In this document: positions 54,954 through 64,000 of the stretch, in pieces
Layout of the letters: every line of letters begins with the position of its first letter
How positions within the stretch are numbered: position 1 is the first letter of the stretch
Assembly (NCBI GenBank): GCA_011046135.1
Contig: DSBG01000137.1
Coordinates: 23,536-87,535 of the forward strand
Length of the DNA stretch: 64,000 nt
Source: Deltaproteobacteria bacterium
GTDB lineage: Bacteria > Desulfobacterota > Desulfomonilia > UBA1062
Direction of reading: 5' to 3'
Program-made: the position numbers and the translations under genes
The notes under the pieces: generated by a model
The model's database searches: none
What the model was told of the DNA's origin: nothing
The model's input: only the letters and a program-made list of their open reading frames with translations

Positions 54954-55824
54954 GATCCGACCCTTTCATCTGGTGTAACAGCATTCTTCTCAAGAAGAAC
55001 TGAAGATTTCCATTCGTCTGAAGGCGGGAGGATTTTTCAAGGCGCTTTACGATACGCCCCAGTCGCAGCGCCGTCTCTCCGTTCGGGTTGACCCCGACAA
55101 ATGCCTTCTGCCCCTTGATGCACTCGGTGATGGTCTCGTCATGCGGTACTGAACCGAGCATCTCCAGGGCGACGTCCCCCAAAAACCTCTCACATACCAT
55201 CATCAGTTTCCCTGCCACCTGATCTCCCTCCATCTTGGATATGACATTGTTCACGATGAGGTCGAACTGCTTCACCCCATGCTTTTTCCACAGTACCTTG
55301 ATGAGTGCATACGCATCGGTAATCGAGGTGGGTTCAGCGCTGACCACCACGATCACACGCTGAGCCGCGGCATTGAAGTACATCACATTCCTGGAGATGC
55401 CGGCCCCGGTATCGATGATCATGTAGTCGATATCGTGATTGAAGTAGTCCAGAGAGTTCATCAGGCTGAGCTGCTGCTGAGGACTGAGGTCGACCAGTTC
55501 CTGGATGCCTGAGGAGGCGGGGATGACTTGGATCCCCTCGGGTCCTTTTACCATGATGTCTTCGAGTGGACACTGCCCGTCGAGGACATGCTTGATGGTG
55601 CGCTTCGGTGTCAGGCCCAGCATCACGTCCACGTTTGCAAGTCCCAGGTCGGCATCGAAGACCAGAACGCGATGCCCCTTACTGGCGAGCATGATCGCCA
55701 TGTTGATGACCAGGGTGGTTTTTCCCACGCCACCTTTCCCCGATGTCACGGACAGCACCTTCGGCTGGGGGTGAGCAGTTCCCTTTTCAAAGAGTTTTCT
55801 CAAGGTATGGGCCTGATCCTTCAT
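54922..55824 (-). CDS. flhG: flagellar number regulator, MinD/ParA-family ATPase FlhG (FleN/YlxH)
   Basis: Deviant Walker A SGKGGVGKTT; ATG 55824 forms ATGA overlap with flhF stop; ORF-track N-terminal extension to 56079 rejected. Confidence 0.88.
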   Translation of the reverse strand: MKDQAHTLRKLFEKGTAHPQPKVLSVTSGKGGVGKTTLVINMAIMLASKGHRVLVFDADLGLANVDVMLGLTPKRTIKHVLDGQCPLEDIMVKGPEGIQVIPASSGIQELVDLSPQQQLSLMNSLDYFNHDIDYMIIDTGAGISRNVMYFNAAAQRVIVVVSAEPTSITDAYALIKVLWKKHGVKQFDLIVNNVISKMEGDQVAGKLMMVCERFLGDVALEMLGSVPHDETITECIKGQKAFVGVNPNGETALRLGRIVKRLEKSSRLQTNGNLQFFLRRMLLHQMKGSDHAGYRIHGTY

Positions 55825-56894
55825 GCCGTTTCTCCCAGAGACAACGTGATAATGTTCGATGTTGTCGCAGGCTCGATATCCTCCGGCACCCGCTGCCCCG
55901 TGGTGAGGTAGGATATGGGGATACGGAAGAGAAGGTTGTGGGTGATCAGTGAACCGAAGGTTGCCGCCTCGTCTGCCTTGGTGAAGATCATGCTCCTGAT
56001 GTCGAGCCTGGAAAAGCTTTTCATGGTGATGTCCATCTCCCTGTCCCTGGTGGCCACCGGCATGAGAAGGATCTTGCATGCGGCAACCCCTGTGAAGTAG
56101 TCTGAGAGCCCGGTGATGTACTCATCGCACAGTGCTGATCTGCCCATGGTGTCCACGAGAATTCTGTCCATATCCTTCAGGCGGGAGAGGGTGCCTTTGA
56201 ACTCGCTGGGGGTAGTGACGGAGAAGAAGGGAATGTTCAGTATCTTCGCGTAGATCTTCCCCTGGTCCACGGCACCGATCCGGTAGGTGTCCAGGGTGAT
56301 GATGGCCACACGTTTTGACTCGTTGAACACGGACGATGCGGCGATCTTTGCCATGGTCGTTGTCTTGCCCACGCCGGTGGTTCCGAGAAACACCCAGACA
56401 GGATCCCGGGGCACCTCCATGGTTCGGATGAGCTTGGAAAGGATATCCTTGACGGAGGCCATGTCCGTTGTCTTACCGAGCTTTCTCAGGATGAGGTCCA
56501 CCAGCGATTGCCTGATCCCGCGGGAGATCAGCCGGTCCCTGAGGGGGTTGGTTTTCTGTGCCCCAGGACCAGAGGCGGCAATGAGTTCTCTCATCATCTT
56601 CTTGAGTTCGATGATCTCGCCGGAGATGCCGATCTGATCGTCTCCCTCGGGGAGCGGGTCCGTCTGGTAACCCGTCCTGTGGGAAGGGGATCGAGGATCG
56701 CAGGCATGGGTGTTGTAGAGCCCTTTGTCATAATCAACGGCGGCGATGATCTCGATCATCGGTTGAGACAGAATACCGAAACGTCCGTCCTTGACCTCTC
56801 TGGTGGAGATGATGACGGCATCACGGCCAAGCTCGTTCTTCACCTGCGAAAGGGCATCTCTCATGGACTGAGCGGTGTAGGTCTTAATTTGCAT
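55821..56894 (-). CDS. flhF: flagellar biosynthesis SRP-like GTPase FlhF
   Basis: B domain then NG domain with G1 GTTGVGKTTT, DTMGR (G3), TKAD-like TKADEA (G4). Confidence 0.9.
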   Translation of the reverse strand: MQIKTYTAQSMRDALSQVKNELGRDAVIISTREVKDGRFGILSQPMIEIIAAVDYDKGLYNTHACDPRSPSHRTGYQTDPLPEGDDQIGISGEIIELKKMMRELIAASGPGAQKTNPLRDRLISRGIRQSLVDLILRKLGKTTDMASVKDILSKLIRTMEVPRDPVWVFLGTTGVGKTTTMAKIAASSVFNESKRVAIITLDTYRIGAVDQGKIYAKILNIPFFSVTTPSEFKGTLSRLKDMDRILVDTMGRSALCDEYITGLSDYFTGVAACKILLMPVATRDREMDITMKSFSRLDIRSMIFTKADEAATFGSLITHNLLFRIPISYLTTGQRVPEDIEPATTSNIITLSLGETA

Positions 56895-58953
56895 CGATTC
56901 TCACCATCCCCACATTCTTAATGGTAACCTCGGGTGGGATTTCATTATGTGAGAGCACAACGAGGTCGGGCATGTAGCGTTCGGAAAGCCGTTTGACGTA
57001 TGCCCTGCTGACAGGTGATGTGAGCAGGACGGGAACCACTCCTTGTTTGCCCACGTTGTGCACCTCCTTGTTCAATGTCATGAGTATTTTCTGTGATTTG
57101 TCCGGATCTAATGCAAGATATGAACCATGTTCGGTGTGCTGAACCGAGTTCGAGATGAGGCCGTCCAGAGAAGGATCCAGGGCCAGAACGGAAATCGTGT
57201 TCTTCTGAATGTAGGGGACGCTGATAATACGCATGAGGGCTTGTCTGACATATTCCGTCAAAATATCGGGATCCTTGGTCATGGGACCGAAGTCTGCGAG
57301 GGTCTCCAGGATGGTCAGGATATTCTTGATGGAGACCTTTTCCTTGAGGAGGTTCCTCAGAACACGCAGCACGATTCCCGCGGGCAGGATCACGGGTATG
57401 AGTTCTTCAACCACCTTGGGGTGGGTTCTTGACACGGTATCAAGGATGGACTGGAGTTCCTGCCTTCCCAGGAGATCGTGGGCGTTTCTCTTGATGGCTT
57501 CTGTGAGATGGGTGGCGATCACGGTGGCGCAGTCCACAACGGTCAATCCCGCAAGCTGAGCTCGCTCGCTGTCCGCCTTCTTGATCCAGAGTGCAGGGAG
57601 GCCGAAGGCCGGTTCCTTGAAGGGAATACCCGGGATGTCTGTCTCCAGTTCCTCTGGGTTCAGGACCAGGAGGCGGTCGGGCATCGCCTCCGATCGGGCG
57701 ATCTCGGAGCCTTTGAGCATGAGCTTGTACTCGTTGGGTTTGAGCTCCAGGTTGTCTCGAACATGAATGGGAGGGACGATGATTCCGAGGTCTCCGGCTA
57801 CCGTTCGTCTCATTCCCTTGATTCGGGTGAGCAATTCCCCCCCCTGGGAGATATCCACCAGCGGGATGAGGGCATACCCGACTTCAAACTCGAGGAGATC
57901 CACGGGAAGCAGGCTTTCGGGAGACACCTCTTCAGCGGCCTGGGGTTCCTCTTCCTCCTCCTCCGCCTGCTTGTACCTCAGACTGATCCACCCGATGACG
58001 CCCATGAGCGAAGCGATGGACAGAAAAGCGAGGTGCGGCATCCCGGGCACCAGTCCGAAGCAGAAGATGATCCCTGCAGCGGTAAACAGGGCCATGGGCT
58101 GAAAGGAGAGCTGCTCTGAGAGCTGCATTCCGATGGACTTGTCTGCCGCGGACTGGGTCACCACGATGCCGGCTGCAGAGGATATGATGAGCGCCGGGAT
58201 CTGGGAAACGAGCCCGTCGCCGATGGTCAGGGTGGTGTAGGTGGTCAGTGCGTCTTTGAAGGCCATGTCGTTCTGCATGACGCCGATGATGATGCCCCCG
58301 ATGATATTGATGAAGGTGATGACGATTCCTGCAATGGCGTCACCCCGAACGAATTTCGTGGCGCCATCCATGGCCCCGTAGAATTCCGCTTCTCTGCCGA
58401 TGTGCTCCCGGCGTTTTCTCGCCTGTTCCTCGGTGATCATCCCCGAATTCAGGTCTGCATCAATAGCCATCTGCTTGCCCGGCATGGCATCCAGGGTGAA
58501 CCGTGCCGTGACTTCACCGATACGGGTTGCACCCTTGGTGATGACGACGAAATTGATGAGCACGAAGATGGAAAAGACCACGAGACCAACCACGTAACTG
58601 CCCCCCACAACGAACTGACCGAAGGTGTTGATCACTCTGCCTGCCGCGAGTTCCCCCTCGGACCCGTGGAGCAGAATGATCCGAGTGGAAGCGATGTTGA
58701 GTGCGAGGCGGTACAGGGTGACCACCAGCAGCAGGGAGGGGAACACTGAAAAATTCAGCGGGTTGGTGGTATACATGCTCACCATGAGGATGATGATCCC
58801 GATGGTGATGCTGAAGGTCAGGAGAATATCGAGGAAAAAGGTCGGCAGCGGAATAAGGACGATGAAGAGAACGGTGAGGACCCCGATGGCCATGAAGAGG
58901 TCGCTGGCGATATGACGGGAAAAGGGCAGCTGAACGGGGAGGTTCCGTTCCAT
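56884..58953 (-). CDS. flhA: flagellar type III export apparatus protein FlhA
   Basis: 689 aa; 8 TM N-terminal domain with conserved FHIPxR-type loop, large cytoplasmic FlhA-C; highly conserved blocks (GAMDGATKFVRGDAIAGIVI). Confidence 0.95.
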   Translation of the reverse strand: MERNLPVQLPFSRHIASDLFMAIGVLTVLFIVLIPLPTFFLDILLTFSITIGIIILMVSMYTTNPLNFSVFPSLLLVVTLYRLALNIASTRIILLHGSEGELAAGRVINTFGQFVVGGSYVVGLVVFSIFVLINFVVITKGATRIGEVTARFTLDAMPGKQMAIDADLNSGMITEEQARKRREHIGREAEFYGAMDGATKFVRGDAIAGIVITFINIIGGIIIGVMQNDMAFKDALTTYTTLTIGDGLVSQIPALIISSAAGIVVTQSAADKSIGMQLSEQLSFQPMALFTAAGIIFCFGLVPGMPHLAFLSIASLMGVIGWISLRYKQAEEEEEEPQAAEEVSPESLLPVDLLEFEVGYALIPLVDISQGGELLTRIKGMRRTVAGDLGIIVPPIHVRDNLELKPNEYKLMLKGSEIARSEAMPDRLLVLNPEELETDIPGIPFKEPAFGLPALWIKKADSERAQLAGLTVVDCATVIATHLTEAIKRNAHDLLGRQELQSILDTVSRTHPKVVEELIPVILPAGIVLRVLRNLLKEKVSIKNILTILETLADFGPMTKDPDILTEYVRQALMRIISVPYIQKNTISVLALDPSLDGLISNSVQHTEHGSYLALDPDKSQKILMTLNKEVHNVGKQGVVPVLLTSPVSRAYVKRLSERYMPDLVVLSHNEIPPEVTIKNVGMVRIDAN

Positions 58954-60069
58954 TTATCGCACTCCTTCCTTGAGACGGTAGACGTATGCGAGCACCTCCG
59001 CGACGGACTTATACCACTGCTCGGGAATACTTTCGCCGATATTCACGCTCGTAAAGAGCGCACGGGCCAAGGGTTTGTTTTCCACGATGGGAACGGAAGA
59101 AGAACGGGCAATGCTCTTGATTTTCTCTGCGACCACTCCTGCTCCTTTTGCCAGAACAACCGGCGCTATCATCTTGCCCCGTTCATAGTGCAAGGCCACT
59201 GCCAGGTGCGTGGGGTTGGTGATGACCACATCGGCCTTGGGGACCTCTCTCATCATCCTTCTCCTGGCCATATGGAGCTGAATTGAGCGGATTCTGCTCT
59301 TGATGAGGGGATTTCCCTCGATGTGCTTCATTTCATCCCTCACTTCCTGCTTTGACATCATTAAATCTTTCGTATGTTGCCATTTCTGAAACGTATAATC
59401 GGCGATGGCAATGATGATGAACACCCACAGGACGTCCCACAGGAGGTGGAGGATCGAGCGAAAATATGTCAATACAATGACGCTGGTGTCATGATCGATG
59501 AGGGGTGGAAAGACCGGGAGTTCTCTCCTGATGGCTCGGTAGGATGCAAACCCGATGACCAGGAGGATTAGGATGGTTTTAATCAGCGTTTGAAGGCTTC
59601 TGATCGAGAAGAACTTGTTTTTGAACCCCTTGATCGGGTTGATCTTTGAGAGCTTTGGTTTTATGGGTTCACCGCTGAAGATGACCCCGATTTGAATGAA
59701 ATTTGACGCAACGCCGATGGCAAGGAACACCACCAGAAGGGGTATGACGATGATGCCGAGATTGATGATGGCCTTCTGAAAAATGGTGACGAGCTCTTCT
59801 GAGGAGCCGTCCCACGCCGAGGTGTTCTGCAGGTAAGAGCTTACAAGAGCCTCGAGTTTCGATGCCACGACAGGGAAGTAGAAATAGAAGGAAATAAGGG
59901 TGCCCAGGAACAACAGAGAGGTGGAAACCTCAACGCTTTTGCATACTTGGCCTTTCTCCCGGGATTCCTGTATCCGTTTCGTGGTAGGCTGTTCAGATCG
60001 CTCCTGACCGCTCTCGTTCTCTTTGGCCATGGGAGGTCTTCTGCGAAAATCGTACCAGACCCCCCCCAT
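58954..60069 (-). CDS. flhB: flagellar type III export apparatus protein FlhB
   Basis: QERSEQPTTKRIQESREKGQVCKSVEV N-terminus, 4 TM, NPTH autocleavage site (VITNPTHLAVAL); start either ATG 60069 (AGGAAG RBS) or ATG 60030. Confidence 0.92.
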   Translation of the reverse strand: MGGVWYDFRRRPPMAKENESGQERSEQPTTKRIQESREKGQVCKSVEVSTSLLFLGTLISFYFYFPVVASKLEALVSSYLQNTSAWDGSSEELVTIFQKAIINLGIIVIPLLVVFLAIGVASNFIQIGVIFSGEPIKPKLSKINPIKGFKNKFFSIRSLQTLIKTILILLVIGFASYRAIRRELPVFPPLIDHDTSVIVLTYFRSILHLLWDVLWVFIIIAIADYTFQKWQHTKDLMMSKQEVRDEMKHIEGNPLIKSRIRSIQLHMARRRMMREVPKADVVITNPTHLAVALHYERGKMIAPVVLAKGAGVVAEKIKSIARSSSVPIVENKPLARALFTSVNIGESIPEQWYKSVAEVLAYVYRLKEGVR

Positions 60070-60214
60070 GATGCTTCCTGCCGGTGGTACTGCGGTGACG
60101 GACAGAACTCTGGAACAGCCTGCGTGAGAGCAGGTTTAAGAGATATTTAAACTATACATGCTTGAAAATTTATGTCAGAAACAAACACAGGAATGATTGT
60201 GTAAGAGAAAACCG

Positions 60215-60664
60215 ATGAGCGGGAGTGTTCTTGTGAAGAGCCTGAGGGAATTACGAAAAGCCAAGGGACTGACCATGGAGCAGCTTGCCTCCATAAGCGG
60301 GGTTTCCCTGAAGACCATCTCTCTGTATGAGCACACCCCACCAAGGAGGCCAGGCAGAAAGGTGATTTCAAAACTTTCCGATGCCTTCGAGATGAGCCCG
60401 GAAGAACTTCTGGAGATCCTTTCTTCGAGAAAGGGAGGTTCGTCCGATTACGAGAGCGGCTCCGATGAACAAGAGAGCATACTCATCGAAGAGATTCACG
60501 TATCCAGGCTCCTGTCCCTCATCGATCGGGAGATCTCGGAGCTGAGGCACCTCATGGTTGAGTGTGCGTCTCTTTCTGAGGGAAATCCTGCCCTGGCACG
60601 GAACTGTGACTATATTTCCGCAGACATCGATCTGCTCATGTCCCTCAGGGAAAGGTTCCAGTGA
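60215..60664 (+). CDS. XRE-family helix-turn-helix regulator with uncharacterised C-terminal domain
   Basis: HTH_XRE (LRELRKAKGLTMEQLASISGVSLKTISLYEHT), acidic Ser-rich linker (SSDYESGSDEQES), then ~55-aa helical C-domain; ATG 60215 with AAGAGA RBS (ORF track start 60197). Confidence 0.7.
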   Translation: MSGSVLVKSLRELRKAKGLTMEQLASISGVSLKTISLYEHTPPRRPGRKVISKLSDAFEMSPEELLEILSSRKGGSSDYESGSDEQESILIEEIHVSRLLSLIDREISELRHLMVECASLSEGNPALARNCDYISADIDLLMSLRERFQ

Positions 60665-60836
60665 GCCTGGACAGGACGGAGAGGCGTGCCCATGAGAGAC
60701 TGCCCGGGGGGATCACGGGAAAAGGCTTTGGGTGCCCCAGGTAAGAAAATCATGAAACAGGGAGTGAGAAGGAGCGGTTCCAGGGGATCCTTCAGGGACG
60801 AAACCCCAGGCCAGGTGAACATGCCTCGGGCTGAAG

Positions 60837-61502
60837 ATGATTATCCTCGATAACGTAAGCAAGGTCTACCACGAAACCGTACATGCCCTCAGGGATGTTT
60901 CCCTGCACGTGGAAAAGGGCGAATTCTGCTTTCTCCTGGGTCCTTCAGGAGCGGGAAAGAGCACGCTGCTCAAGCTGATCTTCGGTCTGGAACATCCGTC
61001 GCAGGGCTCGGTATATGTGAAAAACAGGAATGTCGAGATCCTTGAGAGATCACAGAGGCAGGCTCTCAGGCGGCATACGGGATTCGTGTTTCAGGACTTC
61101 CGGCTCATCGATGATTGGACCGTGTACAGCAACGCAGCCAGTATTCTCGAGATCCAGGGAAAATCCCACGTGGCTATCCGGAGTCGTGTCTGGAGAATGC
61201 TCAAGTGGGTGGGCCTCCAGCACAAGGTCTATGAACGGGCAGGGAATCTCTCCGGTGGTGAGCGACAGCGACTGGCGCTGGTCAGGGCAATTATCGGGGA
61301 TCCTGATCTTCTCCTGGCGGATGAACCCTTCGGAAGTCTCGATGATGAGATGACGCGTTACATGATGAACATGTTTTTCAAGCTTCACAAGAAGGGGATG
61401 ACAATTGTCCTCGCCAGCCACAGGGAAGATCCCCTTCTGGATTACGTACGGGTTCTCCGTCTCGAAAGGGGAGTTTTGATCTCGGAAAAGGACGGAACGT
61501 GA
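60837..61502 (+). CDS. ftsE: cell division ABC ATP-binding protein FtsE
   Basis: Walker A GPSGAGKST, signature LSGGERQRLALVRA, Walker B LLLADEP; 221 aa; followed by ftsX. Confidence 0.92.
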   Translation: MIILDNVSKVYHETVHALRDVSLHVEKGEFCFLLGPSGAGKSTLLKLIFGLEHPSQGSVYVKNRNVEILERSQRQALRRHTGFVFQDFRLIDDWTVYSNAASILEIQGKSHVAIRSRVWRMLKWVGLQHKVYERAGNLSGGERQRLALVRAIIGDPDLLLADEPFGSLDDEMTRYMMNMFFKLHKKGMTIVLASHREDPLLDYVRVLRLERGVLISEKDGT

Positions 61503-62368
61503 TGATGATTGCGCACAGCCTCAGACTCATCGGCAGGGGCATTTCCCTCCGGCCATGGGGGAGTCTCCTTACCCTGGTGGCGTGCTGGTTTGCCCTGACC
61601 CAGCTCCTGCTGGTGATCTTCGCGGTGCTCATTGCGGGAAGAACGACCCTTCTTCCCGGGACGACGGGATCCATGGTGGCCTACCTCTCCGATACGGTGG
61701 AACAGGAATCTGCCCAGGTGATACGGGAGAAGATCGCTGAACTGCCGGAGATATCTGGAATGGTATCCATCCCCAGGGAAGAAGGACTTCAACGGATTCG
61801 TGAATGGCTCGGACCGGGCAGTTCTCTGACAGACGGCCTTGATCCCTCCGTCCTTCCCAATGCTCTGGAGATCAAGATAAAGCCGCAGCACGAAGGTGAG
61901 ATTGCACGTATTGCAGCAGCCGTCGAAAAGATTCCCGGTGTCGGCGACGTGCGGTATCACAGGGGGATTCTCGCCTCTATCGCAGGGGCATTCCGGACGA
62001 TCCTGGCAAGCTCCGTGGTAATCTCCGCCGTGGTCATCGTCTGCCTGAGCCTCGTCATCTTTCTTTCCGTCCGGGTAGGCATCATCTTGAGGCGCCAGGA
62101 GATCGAGGTCCTCACGATCCTGGGGGCCCGGGACAGCTATCTCTATGCCCCGTACCTCCTCGAGGCAGGAATGCAGGCACTGGTCGGAGCAGCCCTGGCT
62201 CTTGCGGGCGTGGACCTCTTCATTACCTATCTCCACGCCCGATCTGATCTGTGTGCAGAACTGATCCCCGAGGTATCTCTGATCCATGTCGTCGGGGTCA
62301 TGTCCTTTGCCTGTCTGTGCAGCCTGGCCGGGGCCGTACTGGCCTTGAGAAAGAGCATCTATGGGTAG
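61499..62368 (+). CDS. ftsX: cell division permease-like protein FtsX
   Basis: N-terminal TM, large periplasmic loop, three C-terminal TM helices (FtsX-like permease fold); ATGA overlap with ftsE. Confidence 0.88.
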   Translation: MMMIAHSLRLIGRGISLRPWGSLLTLVACWFALTQLLLVIFAVLIAGRTTLLPGTTGSMVAYLSDTVEQESAQVIREKIAELPEISGMVSIPREEGLQRIREWLGPGSSLTDGLDPSVLPNALEIKIKPQHEGEIARIAAAVEKIPGVGDVRYHRGILASIAGAFRTILASSVVISAVVIVCLSLVIFLSVRVGIILRRQEIEVLTILGARDSYLYAPYLLEAGMQALVGAALALAGVDLFITYLHARSDLCAELIPEVSLIHVVGVMSFACLCSLAGAVLALRKSIYG

Positions 62369-63410
62369 AGTGCTCTGGTTCACGGTGATTTTTTCCCTCC
62401 TTGGCCTGCTTTCTGGCAACGCTGACGATACCGGGTTGATCGAAGCCCTCGAGAACAAGCTCAAGGCCGTTGAGTCACAGAGAAAGTCCCAGGTAAAAGA
62501 GATGAAGGTCATCGACAGGAAGATTTCCTCACTGCACCATGCGATCGCCAGGGTGCGAGCAGACATTACCAAGACCACCGCTTCGATAGGCTCCTCTCAG
62601 GAACAGATCGATGGCCTGCGGGAACAAATAGAACGCTCCCGGGGGCACATCGATCAGATGTGGGTAAGCCTCTACAAGGGCTCGTTTATCGACATGGTGA
62701 ACATCGCCTGTTCCCGTGCCGAATACGCGGGATACGTCCAGGCCATAATGGGCCATTACCTCTCGGAACTGGAACATATTCAGGACCTGGAAGGTCAGCT
62801 CGTTGATGCCAGACAGCGCCTCGACCGCGCCATGGAAGAGCAGAGCGGGAACCTGAAGGATCTCGAGAAAAAAATGCAGTCCCTCCACGCTCAGCGGGAG
62901 AGGAAGGAGAGGCTCCTGGCATCGCTGAGCAGAGAATCGAAAAGTTACTCCGAAGAGATGAAGCGGCTGCTCGAACGACTCGATGCGCGAAGCCCGGAGT
63001 CAAGAACAGGGATCATGCTGAAAAAGGGGGTCCTGCCCTGGCCCGTGAAGGGAAAGGTGCTCAGAGCGTTCGGAAAATACACGCAGGGGGGGTTTGAGCA
63101 GATGTCCAACGGTATCGATATCATGGCGCTCGAAGGATCCCTCATACACAGCATCTTCCCGGGAAAAGTCGTGTTCTTCAACTGGATCGCCAGTTTGGGC
63201 AACACCATGATCCTGGATCATGGCAACGGATATTACTCGATATACGGACATCTGCAGGATGCACTCATCCCCCCCGGGCAGGATGTTGTGGAAGGAGACC
63301 CCATCGCCGTGCTGGGGCAGAGCGGGGATGCCGCCTCTCCGATGCTGCACTTCGAGATACGCTTCAGGGACAAACCCCAGGACCCGATGAAGTGGCTCCT
63401 CGGGGACTGA
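62361..63410 (+). CDS. envC: EnvC-like murein hydrolase activator (coiled-coil + M23 LytM domain)
   Basis: Signal/anchor, ~200 aa coiled coil, C-terminal M23 fold (GIDIMALEGSLIHSIFPGKVVF...GNTMILDHGNGYYSIYGHL...GDAASPMLHFEIR); canonical ftsEX-envC order. Confidence 0.85.
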   Translation: MGRVLWFTVIFSLLGLLSGNADDTGLIEALENKLKAVESQRKSQVKEMKVIDRKISSLHHAIARVRADITKTTASIGSSQEQIDGLREQIERSRGHIDQMWVSLYKGSFIDMVNIACSRAEYAGYVQAIMGHYLSELEHIQDLEGQLVDARQRLDRAMEEQSGNLKDLEKKMQSLHAQRERKERLLASLSRESKSYSEEMKRLLERLDARSPESRTGIMLKKGVLPWPVKGKVLRAFGKYTQGGFEQMSNGIDIMALEGSLIHSIFPGKVVFFNWIASLGNTMILDHGNGYYSIYGHLQDALIPPGQDVVEGDPIAVLGQSGDAASPMLHFEIRFRDKPQDPMKWLLGD

Positions 63411-63489
63411 CGTAGTTGGTGTTTCGTGCTCAGGTTATCTGTGCTATAGAACGATAAGAACGCTATCGAAGACACTCTTAGAGGTACCT

Positions 63490-64000
63490 ATGAAAACTAA
63501 CAAGATCATCGTGCTGGGAATAGTTGTTTTTGCCTTCAGTCTTGCCGTCTTTTTCCTGCACTCCACCAAGATCCTCAATGCGGAAACGTCGAGCGTGTAC
63601 AGAGAACTTCAAAAGTTCTCTGACTGTCTCGATATCATCCAGAAGAATTATGTCGAAGATGTCCCCGCCACGAAACTCATCGAGGGGGCGATCCGGGGGA
63701 TGACCTCGGTGCTGGATCCCCACTCGAGCTACCTGAGCAGGGAAGAATACCGTGAGATGCAGATCAGTACCACGGGGACCTTCGGCGGGCTCGGTATTGA
63801 GATCGGCCTTCGTGACAATATTCTGACGGTCATCTCCCCCATCGAGGGAACCCCCGCATTCGAGGCAGGGATCCTTCCGGGGGACAGGGTCCTCAAGATC
63901 GGGGAAACGTCCACCACGGACATGACCCTGCAGGAGGCCGTCAAACTCCTGAGGGGACCGAAGGGAACGAAGGTGACCATCACGATATCACGGGAGACGG
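63490..64000 (+). CDS. ctpA: partial CDS: carboxyl-terminal processing protease (S41; CtpA/Prc), truncated at window end
   Basis: ATG 63490 with AGAGG RBS; N-terminal TM anchor; conserved S41 N-domain (FSDCLDIIQKNYVED...SYLSREEYREM...GTFGGLGIEIG) and start of PDZ (GILPGDRVLKIGE); no stop before position 64000. Confidence 0.85.
   Translation, partial: MKTNKIIVLGIVVFAFSLAVFFLHSTKILNAETSSVYRELQKFSDCLDIIQKNYVEDVPATKLIEGAIRGMTSVLDPHSSYLSREEYREMQISTTGTFGGLGIEIGLRDNILTVISPIEGTPAFEAGILPGDRVLKIGETSTTDMTLQEAVKLLRGPKGTKVTITISRET

Noticed and set aside
1-64000. CRISPR arrays, tRNA/rRNA genes, IS elements, toxin-antitoxin or defence islands
   Set aside because: Manual reading of all intergenic regions longer than 100 bp found no repeat-spacer periodicity, no tRNA-like cloverleaf signatures (GTTCGA-type T-arm) and no transposase/integrase/Cas-like translations. 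The longest intergenic regions are 12827-13113, 25399-25705 and 40635-40918.

Overview
This 64-kb window is a GC-rich, gene-dense stretch of bacterial chromosome with about 67 protein-coding genes. Many adjacent genes overlap by 1-10 nt, which suggests translational coupling. I found no rRNA, tRNA, CRISPR array, transposase, prophage or recognisable defence island. The host is a diderm (LPS-producing) bacterium: the window carries lptB/lptA/lptC, kdsA/kdsC and lpxC. It uses sigma-54 (rpoN-hpf-ptsN cluster, NtrY/NtrX-like pair) and builds a FlhF/FlhG-type flagellum. Several housekeeping blocks have Firmicutes-like synteny (PSP1-metG, xerC-hslV-hslU, a YhaM-like exonuclease). Main blocks, in order: a truncated MiaB/RimO N-terminus; glgC co-directional with a lone CheY-like receiver and an orphan ExbB/ExbD pair; PSP1-metG-[DUF3391-like, HDOD, REC-GGDEF]-purB-pyrE; tsaD and rsmA; a secreted S8 protease with an unusual C-terminal sorting-like tail; thiolase; xerC-hslVU; ptsN-hpf-rpoN-lptBAC-kdsCA; ssb; two large polytopic glycosyltransferase-like membrane proteins; rph-rdgB; an archease-RtcB RNA-repair pair; L25, greA; an Fe/B12-type ABC importer; fdhE; tatA-tatC; lpxC-ntrY-ntrX; an uncharacterised B12/radical-SAM enzyme with radC and rmuC; an ~11-kb flagellar/chemotaxis operon (flhB-flhA-flhF-flhG-fliA-cheY-fliL-HEAT-HDOD-cheR-cheY); an XRE regulator; and ftsE-ftsX-envC-ctpA. 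The most unusual items are a c-di-GMP-type module inserted into a housekeeping operon (a stand-alone DUF3391-like gene, a stand-alone HDOD gene and a GGDDF-variant GGDEF gene), the HDOD plus HEAT-repeat genes inside the flagellar operon, and the ExbBD-receiver-glgC arrangement. All calls come from reading the translations and motifs. No database search was possible, so family assignments for poorly conserved proteins are provisional.
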